A stretch of DNA of 63,564 bases, the filler included. It is 7 parts of 7 records of this genome, joined end to end, with 100 filler letters (N's around TTAATTAATTAA, not from the genome) between each part and the next. Parts side by side here need not be neighbours in the genome. Positions count along the whole stretch, not along the records: positions 1 to 20,872 come from SRR7504441_385; positions 20,973 to 25,315 come from SRR7504441_387; 5 more parts are not named here. One strand, written 5' to 3'. A program made the translations under genes and the position numbers. Positions 12,819 to 25,415 of the stretch are shown here, in pieces. Position 1 is the stretch's first letter, and each line of letters opens with the position of its first letter. Under the pieces are notes generated by a model that searched no databases, was not told the origin of the DNA, and saw only the letters and a list, made by a program, of their open reading frames with translations.

Positions 12819-14134
12819 ATGAACCCGGCGGCAGTCGCAGAGGCGGAGCACATGGACGCAGTGCCGCAGGCGGCGGCGGAGGCCGTGCTGGTGAAGTCGG
12901 TCGAGATGCCGGCCGAGGCCAAGGAGATCCGGGGCTACGACTTCAACCAGGGCGTGGACCACCGGCGGCTGCTCGACTCGTTCCTGCAGCACGGCTTCCA
13001 GGCCTCGCACTTCGGCCAGGTGCCCCCAGCGCTGCCCGGGCTGCAGCCGGGCCACAGGCGGTGGAGGAGATCAATCGGATGCGCAGCTGGCGCCTGTCCG
13101 ATGAGCCGGTGCCTCGGGCGCGGGCGGGCTGTGACCGCCGGCAGGTGACTGCAGACACCCGGGAGGACCTGGTGGACCCGGCGGTGCGGGCGGCGACCAA
13201 GACCACGATCTTCCTCGGGTTCACCTCCAACCAGGTCTCGTGCGGCAACCGGGAGGTGCTCCGGTTCCTGGCTGAGCACAAGATGGTGGACTGCATGGTC
13301 ACCACCGGCGGGGCGGTGGAGGAGGACCTGATGAAGTGCCTGGCCCCACACTACGTGGGTGATGCGGCGGCCGCCGAGTCTGTCGGGGTGCCCGGGGCTG
13401 GGTTCTCGATGGACGGCCGGTCGCTCAGGCTCAAGGGGCTGAACCGGATCGGGAACATGATTGTGCCCAACAAGAACTATTGCCAGCTGGAGGAGTGGAT
13501 GTATCCGATCCTGGATGCCATGCTGCGCGAGCAGCAGCAGGACGGTGCGGACGGCCGGGCCGAGCCGGGCTGGAGCTCGGGGCTGCAGGCGTGCTGTGGA
13601 CGCCGCAAAAGATGATTGACAGGCTTGGCAAGGAGATTGACAACCCCGAATCAATCTGGTGCAGCCGCCCGGCCGCCAGCTGGCCGATGGGCTGCTCACA
13701 GGTACTGGTGCCACAAGAACAAGATCCCGGTGTTCTGCCCTGCGATCACCGACGGTGCTGTGGGAGACAATATCTACTTCCACAGCTACAAGAGCCCAGG
13801 GCTGGTGCTGGATATCTGTGCCGATATCCGAGGGATTAATGACATTGCGCTGAACGCCATCAAGACTGGAATGCTCATTTTGGGAGGTGGTCTGATCAAG
13901 CACCACATCTGCAACGCAAATTTGATGCGGAATGGTGCCGATTTCTCAGTTTTCATCAACACTGGGCAGGAGTTTGATGGCAGCGATGCTGGGGCTCGGC
14001 CAGACGAGGCTGTATCGTGGGGGAAGATTAAGCTCGGGTGCAATTGCGTGAAGATCTATGCAGATGCTTCATTCGTGTTTCCTTTGCTTGTTTCACAAAC
14101 CTTTGCACGCGATCACGGCACTGATTCCTGCTGA
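12819..14134 (+). CDS. DHPS: Deoxyhypusine synthase (4 clear introns plus one ambiguous 39-nt insert)
   Basis: [90 protein letters not shown]. Confidence 0.97.
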
Positions 14135-14321
14135 TTCAATGATGTACCTAGGCAGCAGTTAGTTTGTTTCGTTGTGTGCGTGTTTTTTGCTGATATAAAG
14201 CATCGTCGCATCGTGCACTCTTCCTTCCCGTGAGCCGGCCGTACGTACCAGTGTGCTGATCGCCTGATCCAACGGAATCGAACCTTCGGCTTGCGCCCTG
14301 GGGAGGGAGGTTGCCATTGAG

Positions 14322-15325
14322 ATGGCAGACGTCAAGAGCGACGACTACTACAAGGTACGCGCGGGCATGCCCCAGCCTTCACAGCTCTGGCGCTGCTGCT
14401 CAGGTCCTCGGGCTGCCGAAGGGTGCCTCTTCTGCAGATATAAAGAAGGCAGTCAGCAGGGGTGGTACGCCACTGATGCGGGGCAGGCCTATCGTAAGCT
14501 CGCAATGAAGTGGCACCCGGATAAAAACAATGGCAGTGACGATTCGAACGACGCGTTCCAAAACGTGCTCCCCCACCGGCCCAAAGCCCCTCGGTGACCG
14601 CTGTGGCTCTCAGATTTCCGAGGCGTACGAAGTGCTCTCAGACTCGACCAAGCGGGCCAACTATGACCGGTTTGGCAAGGACGGTCCGAGCGCCCCGTCC
14701 GGATTCAGTGGGGACAACGCCGACTTCCACTTTAGCACCGGGAACCACGGCTTCAGATCGGGCGGGTTCAGCTCGAGCGCCGGCGGGTTCAGCGACCCAC
14801 ACGAAGTGTTCCGGTCTGCACCCGGGCCGCTGGGCCCCTGATGGTCGGCAGGGCGTTCTTCGGAGGGCAGGACCCCTTCGCGGCCATGTTTGCGGATGAC
14901 GACTTCTTCGGCGGGAGCGGGATGAGGGGGAGCATGGGTGGCGGAATGAGGGGGAGCTCGGGCGGGATGCGGAGCAGCATGAGCATGTTCGGCAACGACG
15001 ATCCGTTCCGCGACTTCTTTGGTACTGCGCTGAGTGTCCGTTGCTGCTCTGATGGCTGGCAGGTGGGGGTGGTATGGGCAGCATGGGAGGCGGCAACATG
15101 TCCAGCTTCAGCTCATTCAGCAGCTCCTCCATGGGTGGGGCACCGGGATCGACCAGCACCAGCACAACCACTGTGATCAAGAATGGCAAGAAGGTCACCA
15201 AGAAAACAGTCACCAAGGTCTTGCCCGATGGGAGCAAGCAGACTTCCACCGAGGAGTACACCGAAGATGCCGGACCAGGGAGTGGAATGATTGGAGGCTC
15301 CAGGGCATCCCGGCTTGGGTGGTAA
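14322..15325 (+). CDS. Type II DnaJ/Hsp40 (DNAJB6-like), 5 introns including one GC-AG
   Basis: Spliced DDYYKVLGL..IKKAYRKLAMKWHPDKN..FQNISEAYEVLSD..KRANYDRFG, a G/F-rich region, and STSTSTTTVIKNGKKVTKK. Confidence 0.92.
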
Positions 15326-15660
15326 TGTGCCTTAATATATGTATGGGTCCTCTAAAGATAACGTGTACCGAATTATGCATTTTGGTAGCGGTACCGTAGC
15401 TGCAGTTCCGTAGTGCTGTTCAGTACTAGTAACCGACCAACTTATGCGAGTCATGATATGATGCGAGTACGAGTACGCAAGTACCGTACAGAGTAACACT
15501 CAATTGCAAAAATGTACGGTTGATGGTCAACATGAGTTTTTTCGTCTAATACTTGTCCTGATCGAACTAGCATAGCTGCTTATGGCAGGAGCCATCACGA
15601 ATTGCCAACCGTCTGGACATCCGTCGGTGGAATCACTCGTACGAGTACGTATGAGTTGCC

Positions 15661-16589
15661 TCAGAGTTCAGTCTCTTGGTCAGCCTCCTCCACAGGGTCC
15701 ATGCCACCAGGTTGGCTGTAATCGCCAGGAATGGTCTGGGCTTCCTCGACTGTGCGAGGTTCGGGTCGGCGGCCTTGCTGGGGCATCGGTACGTCCACCA
15801 TGCCTGGATCGAGCTGGGCCTCGGAGCAAGCCCCGATCCGGTGCACACACACCGAACTGGCGTGCACCTTGGAGACCGAGATCAGCGTCGGGTTCTGGAT
15901 CTGAGTCATCGGGGTCTCGAGCATCTTCTTGAAGGTCTTGGTCACTGTATCGTTGTTCATCGCGTACCAGCACAGCTTCTTGACACTCCCGGAGAAGTCT
16001 GGGTCCTCAGTGCTCGTGAACCCGTCACCGAACTGGCGCACTAGTCAGAGGCCGGCTGCCCGCACCAGCGCACCGTGAGCGGGTAGCTGCCCAGCAGGTT
16101 GTCGATCTGCTGGTCCGAGCACATGTACCGGAGCACGACCGACGCCCGGATCGGGGGCGACTTCTGCTCGGGGGTGAGCGGCTCGGTGTTGCCCGACTGC
16201 CGCCCGCCGGGTCAGCCGGCAGCGGCGGGGCATTCGGTGCTATCCACGAGTAGTGTGGGCGCGACGTACCTCCTTGTGCTCCTGCTCGATTCTCTTCATC
16301 TCTTGTTGCGCGATCCTGCCGCCATTCGGTCCGGGGGGCAGCCAGGCCGAGGCGCGCACATGGATCTGGTCCAGATGCCGGATACGATCATCGTCTGGCA
16401 TGCCTCGCATTTGCGCTCGTAGTTGGAAGCCCAGTTGCGCTGCTTGGATGCCTCCATCTCGGCATACACGAACCAGACGGCCACCGCGGCCACAACCACT
16501 ATGATTAGCGCATAATACTTGAGCTTCTTCGCCTGCTCCTTGCTGGCCTTTCTCTTGGACATCACGGACTTCGGATCCACCCCAACCAT
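15661..16589 (-). CDS. Membrane-anchored saposin-B/Canopy-like protein
   Basis: Basic N-terminus plus TM helix, then CEAC, YMC, KKLC and VC..IGAC cysteines in saposin-like spacing; C-terminus ETEL resembles an ER-retention signal. Confidence 0.55.
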
Positions 16590-16787
16590 GGTGGCGCTTT
16601 GCTGAGGAGCCGCGGTCGCTTCGGGGCTCGTGGCGCGTTCAGCCGACGTCGATGATAACGGTCTCGAGATAACGGATGTATTCTCCTTTAATTTCCCTCG
16701 TGAACTATTATTCGGTTCATGAGTGGAAATCTTCAACAAATACATTAATTAAACACGTATAATCCCAACAACTGAAGTTACTGCGGG

Positions 16788-18916
16788 CTAATTGTTGAGT
16801 TCAGTAATAGGTGTGTATAGCTTTTCGGTAATCTCACCAAAGAGCTCCTCTTCGTTTGCATTTCCATTGACTCGCATTACCCTCTTGCCAAAGGAGGCAT
16901 CCACACCTTCGATCTCTGAAATATACTTGTTGTAAACAGCAGTGACAACTTCAGGTTTGTCCGAGTCACGGATTGCTAGCTTCGCTTCTTCAGGAGGAGG
17001 ATTTGTTTTGAGGTCGTAGACTTTACCTACCGGTACGCTCAGTGCCCATGTCAGTGCCTATGCACTGCAATTTGTGAATGCTGCTGACCTGTTTTCTTGT
17101 CTCGACGGCGATGGATCTGGCGCTCGAGCGCTGTCTCTAGAGAGCACTCTAGCAAAATTAGTCTGTGAGCCCGCATCCCCTTTTCAACAAGTAGTCCCGC
17201 CGCCTTTGCACTGTTTGGATATCCATCCAGCAGCCACCTGCGCAGGAGAGAGGGCTCAATTATACTTTGAAATAATGAAACTTAGTAGTCATTGCACACC
17301 CATGAGAGCGACAGTCTTCTTGCTGGACTCGCATAACCACAAGCTCACAGATGTCCTCATCAGAAACCTCCTGAGTAAGACATTCAGCAATCAGTACAAG
17401 CTGTGGCTCGTGGCTCGCCTTGTCCTCTAGCATGGCATTGAAGGCTCGCTTCCCGACTTCTGTTTCCTTCAAGCTCTTCACAATGACAGGTACAGTCAAG
17501 TGCTGCAGCTGCCATAGAGACGCTCTGATCAGTAAAAGCATAAGGAGGAGTGACCTCGAAGCATTCGACTAGAGTTTCGATTTGCTTTCCCTTGCCCGAT
17601 GCTGGTGCACCCATCACTACTAGCTGAACATAGCAGACTGTCAGTGATGTTAGAACCATATAGCCCCAAACCTGCCATGGATCCGACTCGACAGCTCGGC
17701 TTGCATCGTCCAAGATTCTAGTGAAATTTCTGAAAAGCAAAATGAATTGCCACACAGAGAATGTAAAGATTACCTATTTGCATCAATAGAGTAAACAGCG
17801 GTGGTGTACTTGGATGTGACATCACTCATCTGTAATGCATCATGGGATACTGCATATGCCAAATCTGCATACCTGGGAGCGCATGACGCGTAAACGCTTC
17901 TCTAAGAACTCTTTGGTGTCAGCTTTCCTGTCAACGTACACATCACTTCCCCTCGGTGATCGACAACAAGAACAGTACAGGCACGCAACAGGAAGAAATA
18001 CGAAATGTGAGTACCGTTCGACGAGCCTTCCCGCGATATCAGCTGCAGGTGGATCGCTGACGCCATCGTGGTATACTCTCCCTGCACAGCAGAGATCGTG
18101 CTCACCCCAAAGGTGTGGCACACCGGTCTCAGGATCTACTCTTCGCTTGGTGCATACTTCAACCTATTCCAGCCAGAATCAGTGAAGCTGTCGATCGACA
18201 GAATCGATCAACATGTTCTAGACTTACCGACTTAGCATCTGTGAACTGAAGCTGGACCACAGTAGACGGTTCCAAATTTTGCTCTTCCAGGGCAGAGCAC
18301 TGCGCTAAGCTCATCGGGTACCCACTCAACACCCAGCCATTCTGCCTGCAGGCTGGCTGCTGCAGCTTTTCTATCACCTGTCCCGCCCATTGCAGTGCCC
18401 TGCAATAGCATCATACCAGCTTCGACAGCAACTCGTCAGCTACCATGCGACCGTCCTCGACAAACTGCTGTATTCGCTGCCCTACGGCAGTCTGGCTCTG
18501 GACTTGCTCACGAAGCAGGTTTGCAGCGGACACGTGCACCACCTGCAGCACGGCGGGAGTGAAAACCCAGGCCAAGCTGCGACGGGCACCCCGTATTTCT
18601 CGCTGATGCGCTCACAGAGGCCCCTCTTGTTGCACCCTGGCGGTCCGAGAACAACGAATCGCCGTTCCCGGCGTGGGATTCGACGTTCGGCGTGACCACG
18701 GTAGTGCGCCTGGATTTTCTTGACAGCCTGGGTCCGCTTCGCCTCCTCTTCTGACACCTCCTCGACCACCTCGACTGGCTGCTGCTGGGCTGAGCTGCGC
18801 CCTGCCTCCTCCTCGCGCAGCCTCTGCTCCCTGGCCAGCCGGTCGGCTTCAGCCTGTGCCCGCTGCTTGGCATCCGGATCATCGGGAGGCGCAGCTGCCG
18901 ACGCGCCGCACCCCAT
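16788..18916 (-). CDS. Tandem-domain adenylate kinase (AK8-like) with N-terminal acylation motif and IQ motif; many short introns
   Basis: MGCGAS start, IQAHYRG IQ motif, P-loops GPPGCNK and GAPASGKG, GWVLSGYP, lid RRVDPETGRVYH, and a second lid GKVYDLKTNPPP. Confidence 0.85.
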
Positions 18917-18977
18917 CCGGGTGAGCGGGATGGATTTAGAGCGAGCCGTTAGACTACCACCGGCTCCCCGGACCAGT

Positions 18978-20774
18978 ATGTCCCTGGGCAGGAGCCTACT
19001 CTGCAGTCGGAGCCTGTCTAGCGGCGCGCGAGTGCTCCGCTCTCCCCCGCGGGCGCTCCAGCTCGTGCCCGCGCGGCGCTCTCTGCAGAAGCAGCGGGGT
19101 CATGCGGCCAGCGCCCGGCCCCGCCGCTTCTGCAGCGCCGCGCGGAGCACGATGCTGATCACGCTGAGCGGGGACGACAAGCCCGGGATCACCAGCGAGT
19201 TCGCCCGGGTGCTGCACGAGGCTGGCTGCACGCTGCTGGACACCAACCAGGCCACGATCCACGGCAAGCTCTGCCTGTACTTTTTGCTCGGCACATGCGG
19301 GGGCGACGAGAAGCAAATGCTGAGCGATCTGATGCGCAAGGCCAAGGAGTTCGCCAACCTGGACGTCAAGTTCGAGATGATGGAGGACTCGGTGCTCGAC
19401 ACCCGGGGCGCCAACGAGCACGTGATCACGCTGATTGGGCGCAAGGTGTCGTTCCGGTCGATGGCAACCGTCTCGGAGCAGATCGCTGAGCACGGATTCA
19501 ACATCGTGACAATCAACCAGCTCACCGACGTCACCCCGCAGCTGCTGGCCTGGCGCGAGATGGACGAGCAGGCTCGCGGCACGCTCAACAAGCAGGACCA
19601 TGCCGGCTCGGGATTTGAAGACTTCTTTAGCAACACAGATGGGGTAGTGGACAAGAAGGAGTGGGATGCATGGGCTAAGGCGGGTAACGTCACCCCGGAA
19701 CATACAGTCAATCTCACCCGGGCGGTCGAGATACGTATCGTGGATGTGGACGGTCAGCCGAACACGGCAAAGGCACTCAAACTGCAGGACCAGCTGCTCA
19801 AGGTTGGCAGAGAGCTCACGTGCGACATTGCCATGCAGGTGCGGCTGGCACGAGCTGGGCCTGCTGAGCTCATGCCGGCTGCAGCGCGAGTCTACGATGC
19901 GGCGAGTCAAGAGGCTGGTGGTGCTGGACATGGATTCAACTCTGATTCAGCAGGAGGTACTCAACATCTGTCTGAAGATGACTGATCATACCTTGCTTTT
20001 CCACAGGTGATAGATGAGATTGCACGGGTGCACGGAGTGTACGACGAAGTTAGAGAAGCGACTGAGCGAGCCATGAGCGGGGAGGTGGATTTTGATGAGT
20101 CCCTACGAATGCGCTGTGCCCAGCTTGAAGGATGCCCTGAAGAGGTAGGGCCAATCAGGTGTTGGGTAGGGCCGATCAGGGGCATAGGTGTTGGAGCGAG
20201 TCTATGATTCAATCAAACTTACTCCCGGCGCGTTACCCTTTGTGAACGAGCTCAAGCAGCAGGGTTATCAGATTGGCGTGCTCTCGGGAGGCTTCATGCA
20301 GATCACACAACGGGTGGCCACTGACCTCGGCCTTGATTTTGCTTTTGCCAATGAGCTCGAGATTGTCGACGGCAAGCTAACCGGCAAGGTGCCGTACCAG
20401 ATGCTTGGCCTTACTCTATACCTTATCATAGCCCTTGTATTTGCTAGCTCTAACGCCTGGCTTAACAGCTGGTTGGCCCACTTGTGAATCGCGAGCGCAA
20501 GCGAGACTTGCTGCTGTCCCTGTGCCAGTCCATGCGGATCAGCGTAGAACAAACGATTGCAGTTGGCGATGGGGCAAACGACATTGAGATGTTAAAGGTT
20601 GCAGGACTTGGAATCGCGTTTAATGCTAAGCCAACAGTTCAAGATGCCAGCAAGTACACCATCAGTAACAACCGGCTAGACTCAATTCTCTACCTGCTTG
20701 GTGTGCGGGCATCAGACATGCGAGGATCTGCATCGCCAACTTCAGTGCTCAACTTCACCAACAGATACACATAA
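18978..20774 (+). CDS. serB: Phosphoserine phosphatase with tandem ACT domains and a mitochondrial-type presequence (4 introns)
   Basis: LITLSGDDKPGIT (ACT), LVVLDMDSTLIQQEVIDEIA, LSGGF, AVGDGANDIEML..AGLGIAFNAKP; R/S/L-rich N-terminus without acidic residues. Confidence 0.93.
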
Positions 20775-20872
20775 ACTTCATATAGCGCAACGTGAACGCT
20801 GGAGTACGTACCGTTCAGACGGTGCTCAGAGTTAGCTCAGAGTTTGCACAGTCATTCGGAGATACTCTAAAT

Positions 20873-20972
20873 NNNNNNNNNNNNNNNNNNNNNNNNNNNN
20901 NNNNNNNNNNNNNNNNTTAATTAATTAANNNNNNNNNNNNNNNNNNNNNNNNNNNNNNNNNNNNNNNNNNNN
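20873..20972. other. Artificial assembly spacer N44-TTAATTAATTAA-N44
   Basis: The identical 100-nt cassette with stops in all six frames recurs six times. Confidence 0.98.
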
Positions 20973-23900
20973 GTCCGCACCAGCCCAGCCTTGATCGCAT
21001 CCTGAGTCCCCTCGCTCAACACCCCTCCCATTTGGCTCTTCATCAAATCGACTCTAATCTCCACGTCGACTTCTTGGTAGACGAGCTGCTCTAATGTAGT
21101 GGTAAAAGCATCAAGCCAGAAGAGGGTATCAGACATGAGTTCGTTTTCACAAAATTGCTCGTACTGGACCCTGTCAGCTAGGATCCATCCAGAACTCACA
21201 GCAGCAAATTCTTCATCCCCGGAATGCAGAGAGCAGAGCGCACGCAAAATAGATTCCAGGTCACTTTTGGGCACCCCTTGCCCATCCATGCCTGCTATGG
21301 CAAAAAGCTGCTTCATCCTGGCTCCTCTTGTCGGCTCAGTCAGTGTGGCAATTACCAAGGCTGCCCACCACCATGGAATCTTTCCCAAGCTCTGCTCAGA
21401 TGATGAAATGGCAAAGGCCATGTCCACGAAAACCTCTCTGTGGGCCACTCCGCGCAATGCGCTCAGCATATCCTTATGGTCTAAGCTTGTTCGCCAAGTG
21501 TTATTCTGAAACAATGCCCCATAGCCGATGTCAGCCGGGCAGCTTGGCGGAGGTTTGGGAACAGCCAGCGAACTCGGAGTTGGAGCATCTTGCATGGGCA
21601 GCCCTGAACCAAGTGGTAGTCCGTTGGCACAGCACACATCCTCCAGGTAAGTGGTGTAGCTGTCCATCCAGCTAAGAGCTTCGCTGCTCCGTGGCCATGA
21701 TAGAAAGTCCTCATATGACACACTACCAGTCGCGCTCACCCCAGCATGCCGCATGAGCGAATCCATAGCATCTGGAAGAAACGGCAGGTCACCACAATGA
21801 TGCGCAGCCATGAGGCCAAGTACAACAGAGAGGTCTCCATGCATCACCCGACCATCCGCGTTCGCAAGGATTGAGAAAATTGCGTGGATCCTGAGCTGTC
21901 TCGTCCTTTGACTTAATACCATCAGTACAAGGACGACCTGGCAAAATGCTTACTTAAAGCGACTCGCTGGAATCGCACCTCACGCCAACACGCCGTATTT
22001 TGCTCATCCAGCTCGAGCATCTGGTGAAGTATCTCTATGTGCGCAGTATTTGTTTCGTCCAGCTCAAACTTGATGAGCTTGTGCAGCAGAATCTTCAGAG
22101 AATCCAAGGAGAATCGGCTGTAGGTCTCTGCACTGAATACCTGCGACTCATTTAGCAATGCTCAACTGCAAACACGACACACCTGCTTGAGCTGCTCAGC
22201 AGAGAGCTCTCGCATCCCATGCATGAGGGTAGCTCGTACTGGTGGCGGTCCTGTGTCTGAGCTCACTTTGTTGAGAAGATCAGAAGTTATAGCTGTGAGG
22301 GCGTCAAGATTGGTAAAAACAGTTCCAAACAGCCCTGTGCCCAGCTTGGGTGGTGTCTTGTTGTCATTCAGGGTGTGTTGATTGGCCTTTGTTACAGACC
22401 CCTTGGGAAAGGTGCCAGCCACTTGTTCGAGCTCATTGACCCTGCAAAATAGGCTCATTAAAATGAGAGGTTGGGCAATCTTACCTCTCGCGTATTCCTT
22501 GCCTTGTTTCAGCACTGTCTGGTTTCCCCACTGGCAATGAAGCTGTGCTGGCCCTGCATTACAAAGGAGTGAGGCTGGCGCTGAGAGTCGACAAGTAACC
22601 TGATTGCTGCAGGAGCCGAGGCAGCATCTGCATCTTGAAAGGCCTCGTTCTCTTTGAGTGTGGCCTCGAGCGGTGCTACACAGCTGACTCTGACTTTCAA
22701 GGCGCCAATCTGAGTTGCGCCACTCATTATGTCACAAACAAGAGAAACAGGAAGTCCCTGTGACAAGGATTCCAAACTGAGGATAGCCCTGCCGACCAGA
22801 GGCCGCTGCATGACGCCACCAGGAGCCAAACCAGCCTCGACAAGCATGTCAAGGGGACTGCTGCGGTACAGAGTGGCGTGCAATTGCTTGGTTCCTCCGA
22901 GGACCTGCACTGTTGAGACGTGATTCCACACTGGCTCTTGAGAGATTGGAACAGGCTGTGTCCTTAAGGCGGGCCCTCCAGCCCCGTCACTCCCGATTTC
23001 TATGTAGAGCGCACCCTGCTGATGAGGTATTTGAAGGGCCTTTGCAGATTCTACTATCACCCATACCTTGGTTGCCTCTTCTTGCGAGTTAGTCCCCGAA
23101 ATTGTAGCAGGTTCTGTCGCTGAAATGGGTTCTTTTGGCTTTGTTGCACATTCAAGCGACGCTTTAGCCTCGGCAGCACAGGCATGCATTGCACGGTCGA
23201 ATAGAGACACAGCATCGGGGTTGTGTTGTGACCATTTTTCAAATGTCTCAAAGGTTGTTTGCCACGCAAATTCCCTTTCGATGTCAGGAATTGTGCCCCC
23301 TCCTGCCCAGGCCCTCAGCTCATTGAACATCTGGATCAGCTGAATGTGAGTGAGATCTGGGTCAGGTGAGGATAGCCATCCAACAACCTCCTCATCTAAC
23401 AAGCGCCATACAGTCATCCATTTTTCGACCCGAGACCCGTTGCAAGCTCCAACTAGCAAGATAGCAGCCCGCAACCGATGCACAACATCCTGGTCATCTC
23501 CTGCAACAAAGTAGCAATAAGCTCCAAACACCCTACTGGCTACCTGCTAATTTAAACCAGAGCTGATCAATGCCTTCTGCCGCGACCTTACCCTTGTCAA
23601 GCTCGGACCAAGCTTCCCTAAACTGCTCCTTGGTGATTGCTGTCAGTCTCTCTACATCTGTTGCCACTTCAGTGCCCAGCATGTTCATCAGATTGTGTGG
23701 CGGTGGGCATGTGGCTCTAAATACGCGAAGAACATCATGTGGCCGGGATGTACCAAACACTCCGCCTCCAGCCTCCAGATCACCACTGCACTGGGCCTGT
23801 TCTCCAGCCTGAGTCACATTGGCATCAGTATTGTTGGCAACGGCATGCAAACGGCTGTTGACAGTCTTGGCAAAGCCTTCAATCCAAGCCAAAAGCTCCC

Positions 23901-25315
23901 CGTGTCCTTCCCAGTCCAGTAAATTATAAAACGAGACCTGCACTGCTCCAATATCGACTAGCATCTGGTCCACGACTTTGACAGCCAGCTTTTCGTTTGA
24001 AAGGTGCGTGAACACGTCTATCAGTTCTTCTCGGTTCAGACAATCTCCGCTACTTCGGTTAAACATATCAAACACCATCTGCAGCCTCTCAATGGGGGTT
24101 CCTTTGCAGAGGACTGCCATTCCGATCAAAAACGCATTCCATGAGAGACAATTCTTGTGACCATGGTCCATAACATCGAATGCACGCTGCACAAACAGCT
24201 GTTGTGCTTTATCATCCGCATCGCCCACTGGTCCATGGCGCAGGCTGGTCCTCCATGGCGTCAAAAGCTGCAGCATTAAGTTCTGAAACCCTTCCCTCTC
24301 CAGCTTGTAATGGCCGGGCTTCAGCCGCACCCGGAAAAGCGACTCCAGATCCTCCAGCTCAGTGACATCAAACTTCTGAGACGCTAAACTTGCGCTGGTG
24401 GCTAACAGCTCGTCGCCCTTTGGCTGCATAAATTCTTGACTGCGACGCAGTGCTGCATCTGCAAGCTTTCTATTTACCACCTGCTCTTTCTCAACTAGAT
24501 CCGAAAATCGTGCCTCAAAATCTCCTGTAAATGTTTTCATCCAATCAAGCACCAGCTGATGTCCCTCCCAACGCACAAAGTCCTCGAATGTTATCTTTCC
24601 TCTGCCTTCACGGTCTGCAAATCGCCAAATCCTTTCGATCATCATATTCAGGTTCGAAGGGAGCATTTTGGTTCTATGCATTGCCTTGAAGAAGGCACCA
24701 ATTTCTGACTTGGCCACTTCCCCTTTGCCATCGTTATCCAGAAGATTGAAAGCCAACCACAGTCTCTCCTTAAGGCTGCCACGGCACAAGACTGATATGC
24801 CGAGGCACAATTCCCTGAATCCACACGTCCCACTCTGGTTTCCATCAAACACCTTGAACAGTCTAGCAAGCATGGTTGGTCGCTCACTAGCTGCGACAGG
24901 ATTTGGAGCTTTGCCCAACAACGCATCGAATATCTTTGCAAACTGTGAAGAGGTCACAGCAGAACCCCACGCTGCGCCGCAGTGGTGCTGGAACACACCC
25001 AACAAAGCATCAAGCTCCAGAGAGCTCAATCTATCTCTCCACTTGTGGACTTCTGGCAGCTCTGTAGTGTAAGTGCCGTCCGGGGCCTCGCGATATGGAA
25101 ATGGGAATGGTGCCTCGGTCGACCCTCTGAGAGTTCGGCTATCTAGGTGATCAGCAAGAGAGCCATTGACACTGACTGGGGCAGAGTCTAGTACCAGGCG
25201 CAACGTCACCGTCCCAACCTGCACAGGCGGATCCTGAGTTGATATTTGTTAACGCCAGCCAATACCTTTCGCCCACCGCGGTCTTGTAGAATGACCTCTT
25301 GCGCAATTCCTTCCG
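20973..25315 (-). CDS. Internal portion of a giant multi-EF-hand (NCS/recoverin-like) + C2 domain protein, truncated at both contig ends
   Basis: EF loops DGNQSGTCGFRE, DNDGKGEVAKSE, DREGRGKITFED; C2 motif RTQPV..EPVWN..VGRAILSL; ORFs linked by short GT-AG introns. Confidence 0.8.
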
Positions 25316-25415
25316 NNNNNNNNNNNNNNNNNNNNNNNNNNNNNNNNNNNNNNNNNNNNTTAATTAATTAANNNNNNNNNNNNNNNNNNNNNNNNNNNNN
25401 NNNNNNNNNNNNNNN
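25316..25415. other. Artificial assembly spacer
   Basis: N44-TTAATTAATTAA-N44. Confidence 0.98.

Noticed and set aside
12819-14134. Frameshifted pseudogenes, programmed frameshifting or stop-codon reassignment to explain fragmented ORFs
   Set aside because: Frame breaks are resolved by short GY-AG introns; TAA, TAG and TGA all terminate genes and multi-kb ORFs are stop-free.
20873-20972. Recurring TTAATTAATTAA motif as a biological repeat
   Set aside because: Always embedded in N44 runs with a fixed 100-nt length; it is a synthetic six-frame-stop linker.
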